Shown here: positions 61,170 through 64,000 of the stretch, piece after piece | Numbering within the stretch: the first letter of the stretch is position 1 | How the letters are laid out: each line of letters begins with the position of its first letter | Assembly: GCA_964057225.1 (NCBI GenBank) | Contig: OZ059896.1 | Span: 16,926,001 to 16,990,000 of the forward strand | Reading direction: 5' to 3' | Length of the DNA: 64,000 nucleotides | Source: Auanema rhodensis | Taxonomy: Eukaryota > Animalia > Nematoda | Made by a program: the position numbers and the translations under genes | Notes under the pieces: generated by a model | Databases searched by the model: none | Told to the model about the DNA's origin: nothing | Seen by the model: the letters and a program-made list of their open reading frames with translations, nothing else

Positions 61170-63343
61170 TTACTTAGACAAAGCTTCTTCCTCGAGATCT
61201 ATACGTTGATTCATGGCAAACTGAAAATATGAACGATTGAATACAGAAAAGAATAAAACTTGATTATTACTTGGAATTGACAACTGCCTTTGCTTAAGAG
61301 ATGAACTTCTCTATTTGACACTGTGGCAACTTGTTTTGTCTATAAAAATTTCAACAGGTTCGATTGAAATGTGCAATTTGAACGAACCTCCTTCTTACAT
61401 GTTGGTGAATCAAGAACTGAATGGAAAACTTCCGAGATCTGAGCACAAACTGTATAAACTAAGGCATTATCTCTACGTCTGTAAAAGAAAATATTGAACT
61501 AATTCATTATTGAATGTTGAAAAATCATATTTTTGTGCTAAGATTATAGCGTTTCCCTCTTTTTAGTTACATTTACGTATTGAAAAGTATTATTATGATA
61601 GATCTACCGACTGATGGTCAAAGGGAGTAAGATAGAGAGAAAAAGAAAGAATTAGTGAATGAATGAGGGAGAGAAAAATCTATTCTTTTCATACTATTCA
61701 TAACTCTCAACGCATCAATATGTCAATTCATCACTTTCTCATTCAATGTCTCTATTCTCTTCATTCTTGTCCGTTTAGTCTACCCTTGTTTACTCTTAAA
61801 ATTAGGAATAAATTGTTCCTATTACAAACTTTCGAACTAAAGTTGTTAAAACTGAATGAAAACCGTTCACTTGCCAAAGATAAATAACGATATTCTAACC
61901 ATACGTATTAAATATAAAAATAATTTTTCTTTGGATAATGTATCGTATTTCCGGTAAAACGTTAAATGTTTTCAAAGGAATTGAAAAGAAAACTCTTTCA
62001 ATTTATTAAGAAAACCCCTTATTCTCACTGGATGACATGTATTGTGATTAGTGGGCTAAGATTGAAAAGAATGAGCAAATACAGGTTTTGCCAGGCTTCC
62101 TACAGGGAATTACTGGGCGACTAACTGTTGCAATTTCGTGATCACCGTCATTTCTCATTAAAATATTTTGAAGAATATAGAAAGAAAAAATATTATGAAA
62201 ATGCGATTTTACCTGCGAATAGATACAGTTACAGGTCCAATTAATTTACTTTTAACAGAATAACTGCCTCTGTAATTCATTTCTTCGATAACGATAGAAG
62301 CTGTTGCTCTGTAGTGAGGAGGAACCTGAATCAAATAAATGGTAAAAACTACATGAAAACAACTTTTAATAGGGGAAATATTAAAGCATACCTGGATATT
62401 ACTGTCAACACCCCAGCTGAGAACTTCTGTTTGACAGTTCTCTGTCAGATTATTGAAGTGCATTTCATGCTTAAAGCCAGCTTTAAACTCAGCGATTTCA
62501 CCTGAAAACATGAAAATTTATAATTAATCTTGTGATTTGAAGAAAGAACAAGTCATTTCTTTCAAACAATAGTAGATCTTTCTCTATATATACACAAATG
62601 GATTGATTCTATGTTGCTTTTGCAAAAACCTATTAAAATTTCAATGGGAATTGAAGAAATTAAACACCAATTAGAAGAAATAATTCGAAATTGAGAGAAT
62701 GAGAGTGGCCAAGTGAGCAACCTAATCCATTGGGATTAAAAGCTGAAGGTTTCAGAAGAGCAAAAGAAGCTGACTGAATACATAGTTTGAATAATAAATA
62801 AGTGAATTGTGATAAATTAAATAATAAGTTATTATAAGTTATTAATAAAACATCATCAAAAACATATTTCTTCATTATTTTAAGAAAAAAGTTTAATAAA
62901 GCAGAATTTTATTATGTACTGTCGAGTGTTGCTATCTCAATTTCTGATTTTTGAATATTAACGAACAAAAATATCAGATTGGATAGTTAAATATTCTAAC
63001 TTTAATTATGAAAATATAATAATTAATGATCAAATTATTATTTAAAATAAAACTAATGTTGTACTTACATGGAGTTTTTAAAGTTAATTCAGCTTCAGCT
63101 CCTATACTATAACCTTGCTCTCGGGCTACAGCACATAGGGATTCAGTTGTTCTTTCCGTTTTGAATGAATATTCTTGTTGACTGAAATAAGAAATATCAA
63201 TCTGAATTCAATAATAATTAATTAACTGACCGATCAGTGTTGTTAGTGTACACAGATTTGAACAACGTGTATGGCTTGGCTCCAGCCGGTAGCATAGTTT
63301 CATATTTGGGATCTTCATGAACAACAACCAGATGTTTACGATT
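61170..63343 (-). CDS. LIN-24-like aerolysin/ETX-MTX2 family pore-forming protein (5' end outside the window or unrecognised)
   Basis: Exons encode TLFKSVYTNNTD-QQEYSFKTERTTES...GYSIGAEAELTLKTP-CEIAEFKAGFKHEMHF...LSWGVDSNIQ-VPPHYRATASIVIEEMNYRGSY...GPVTVSIRR...KGSCQFQ-FAMNQRIDLEEEALSK-TAA, with the alternating amphipathic hairpin and VPP motif typical of beta pore-forming toxins. Confidence 0.8.
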
Positions 63344-64000
63344 CTGTAAAAAAAATATGTTGAGAGTTATAAGAAGGCCTTTCCCCCAAGGTTTGCTCTC
63401 AAATAAAGAACGAGACTTTTCTCTTAGCTTCTCATATGACAGAGATGAGATATTGAGTCTTAAGCTATCTTTGCCGTTTCTCTTTCCTGTGTAAGCAGGC
63501 TCAGATAATTACGGAAATGGCAGTTATTGTGGAAGTAGAACTCATTGGTGGCATTGCTAAGCCCTTTTAAAGCATGGATTCGGTCATTTTTCATGAAATT
63601 TCTTCAACAATGTATATTTCGTGGTATATATGCATACATATCAACCAGCCAGATAATCAGGGCAGCATTGTTGACACTTTAAAACGTGTTTCAACAAGCT
63701 AATTGATCCTCCGTTTTCGAACAGCATAGTTAAGACATTGAAACTATAATTAAGTGAAAATATAAGAATGTAAATATAAACTAGCTGTAAATTTTAGTAT
63801 TTCTTATTCGCTTTTTTTTGAAGAATAATATACGAATATTTATGTGAGGAGTAGCTGAGTAATGCTGACCCGTCTCCGGTTCTTATTCTTTCTCTCATTA
63901 TAGTTTATAAAACGCTTTATAAATTCTCATTCATCATTCATAATATCAATATTAATCATTCTTATTTAGTTTTAACCTAATCGTTTAACAAGATGTATAT

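Overview
AT-rich eukaryotic DNA with very short GT-AG introns and TTTTCAG acceptors, consistent with a rhabditid-type nematode genome. Most of the long ORF-track entries are noise or shadows of repeats, so gene models were rebuilt by hand from splice sites. In order: (1) a ~11 kb stretch with no recognisable gene, then a 13.5 kb ONECUT (CUT + homeodomain, ceh-48-like) gene on the - strand; (2) a block of secreted/cuticle genes: tyrosinase, a 4x TSP1 protein, a 3x CC-domain protein, three epicuticlin-like (YGDE...SGYR) tandem-repeat polyproteins whose units are separated by furin-type RxKR sites, and a C-type lectin; (3) a housekeeping trio rpi-2/XRP2, a CNBP-like CCHC protein and pbs-1; (4) a small C6-like secreted protein, a candidate structured ncRNA, a secreted Cys + Pro/Arg-rich peptide resembling an antimicrobial peptide, and a 5'-truncated LIN-24/aerolysin-like pore-forming gene. 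The most interesting signals are the cleavable Tyr-capped polyprotein cluster next to a tyrosinase, a hairpin-masked poison splice donor in the CNBP intron (possible autoregulation), and the penaeidin-like peptide convergent with the pore-forming gene.
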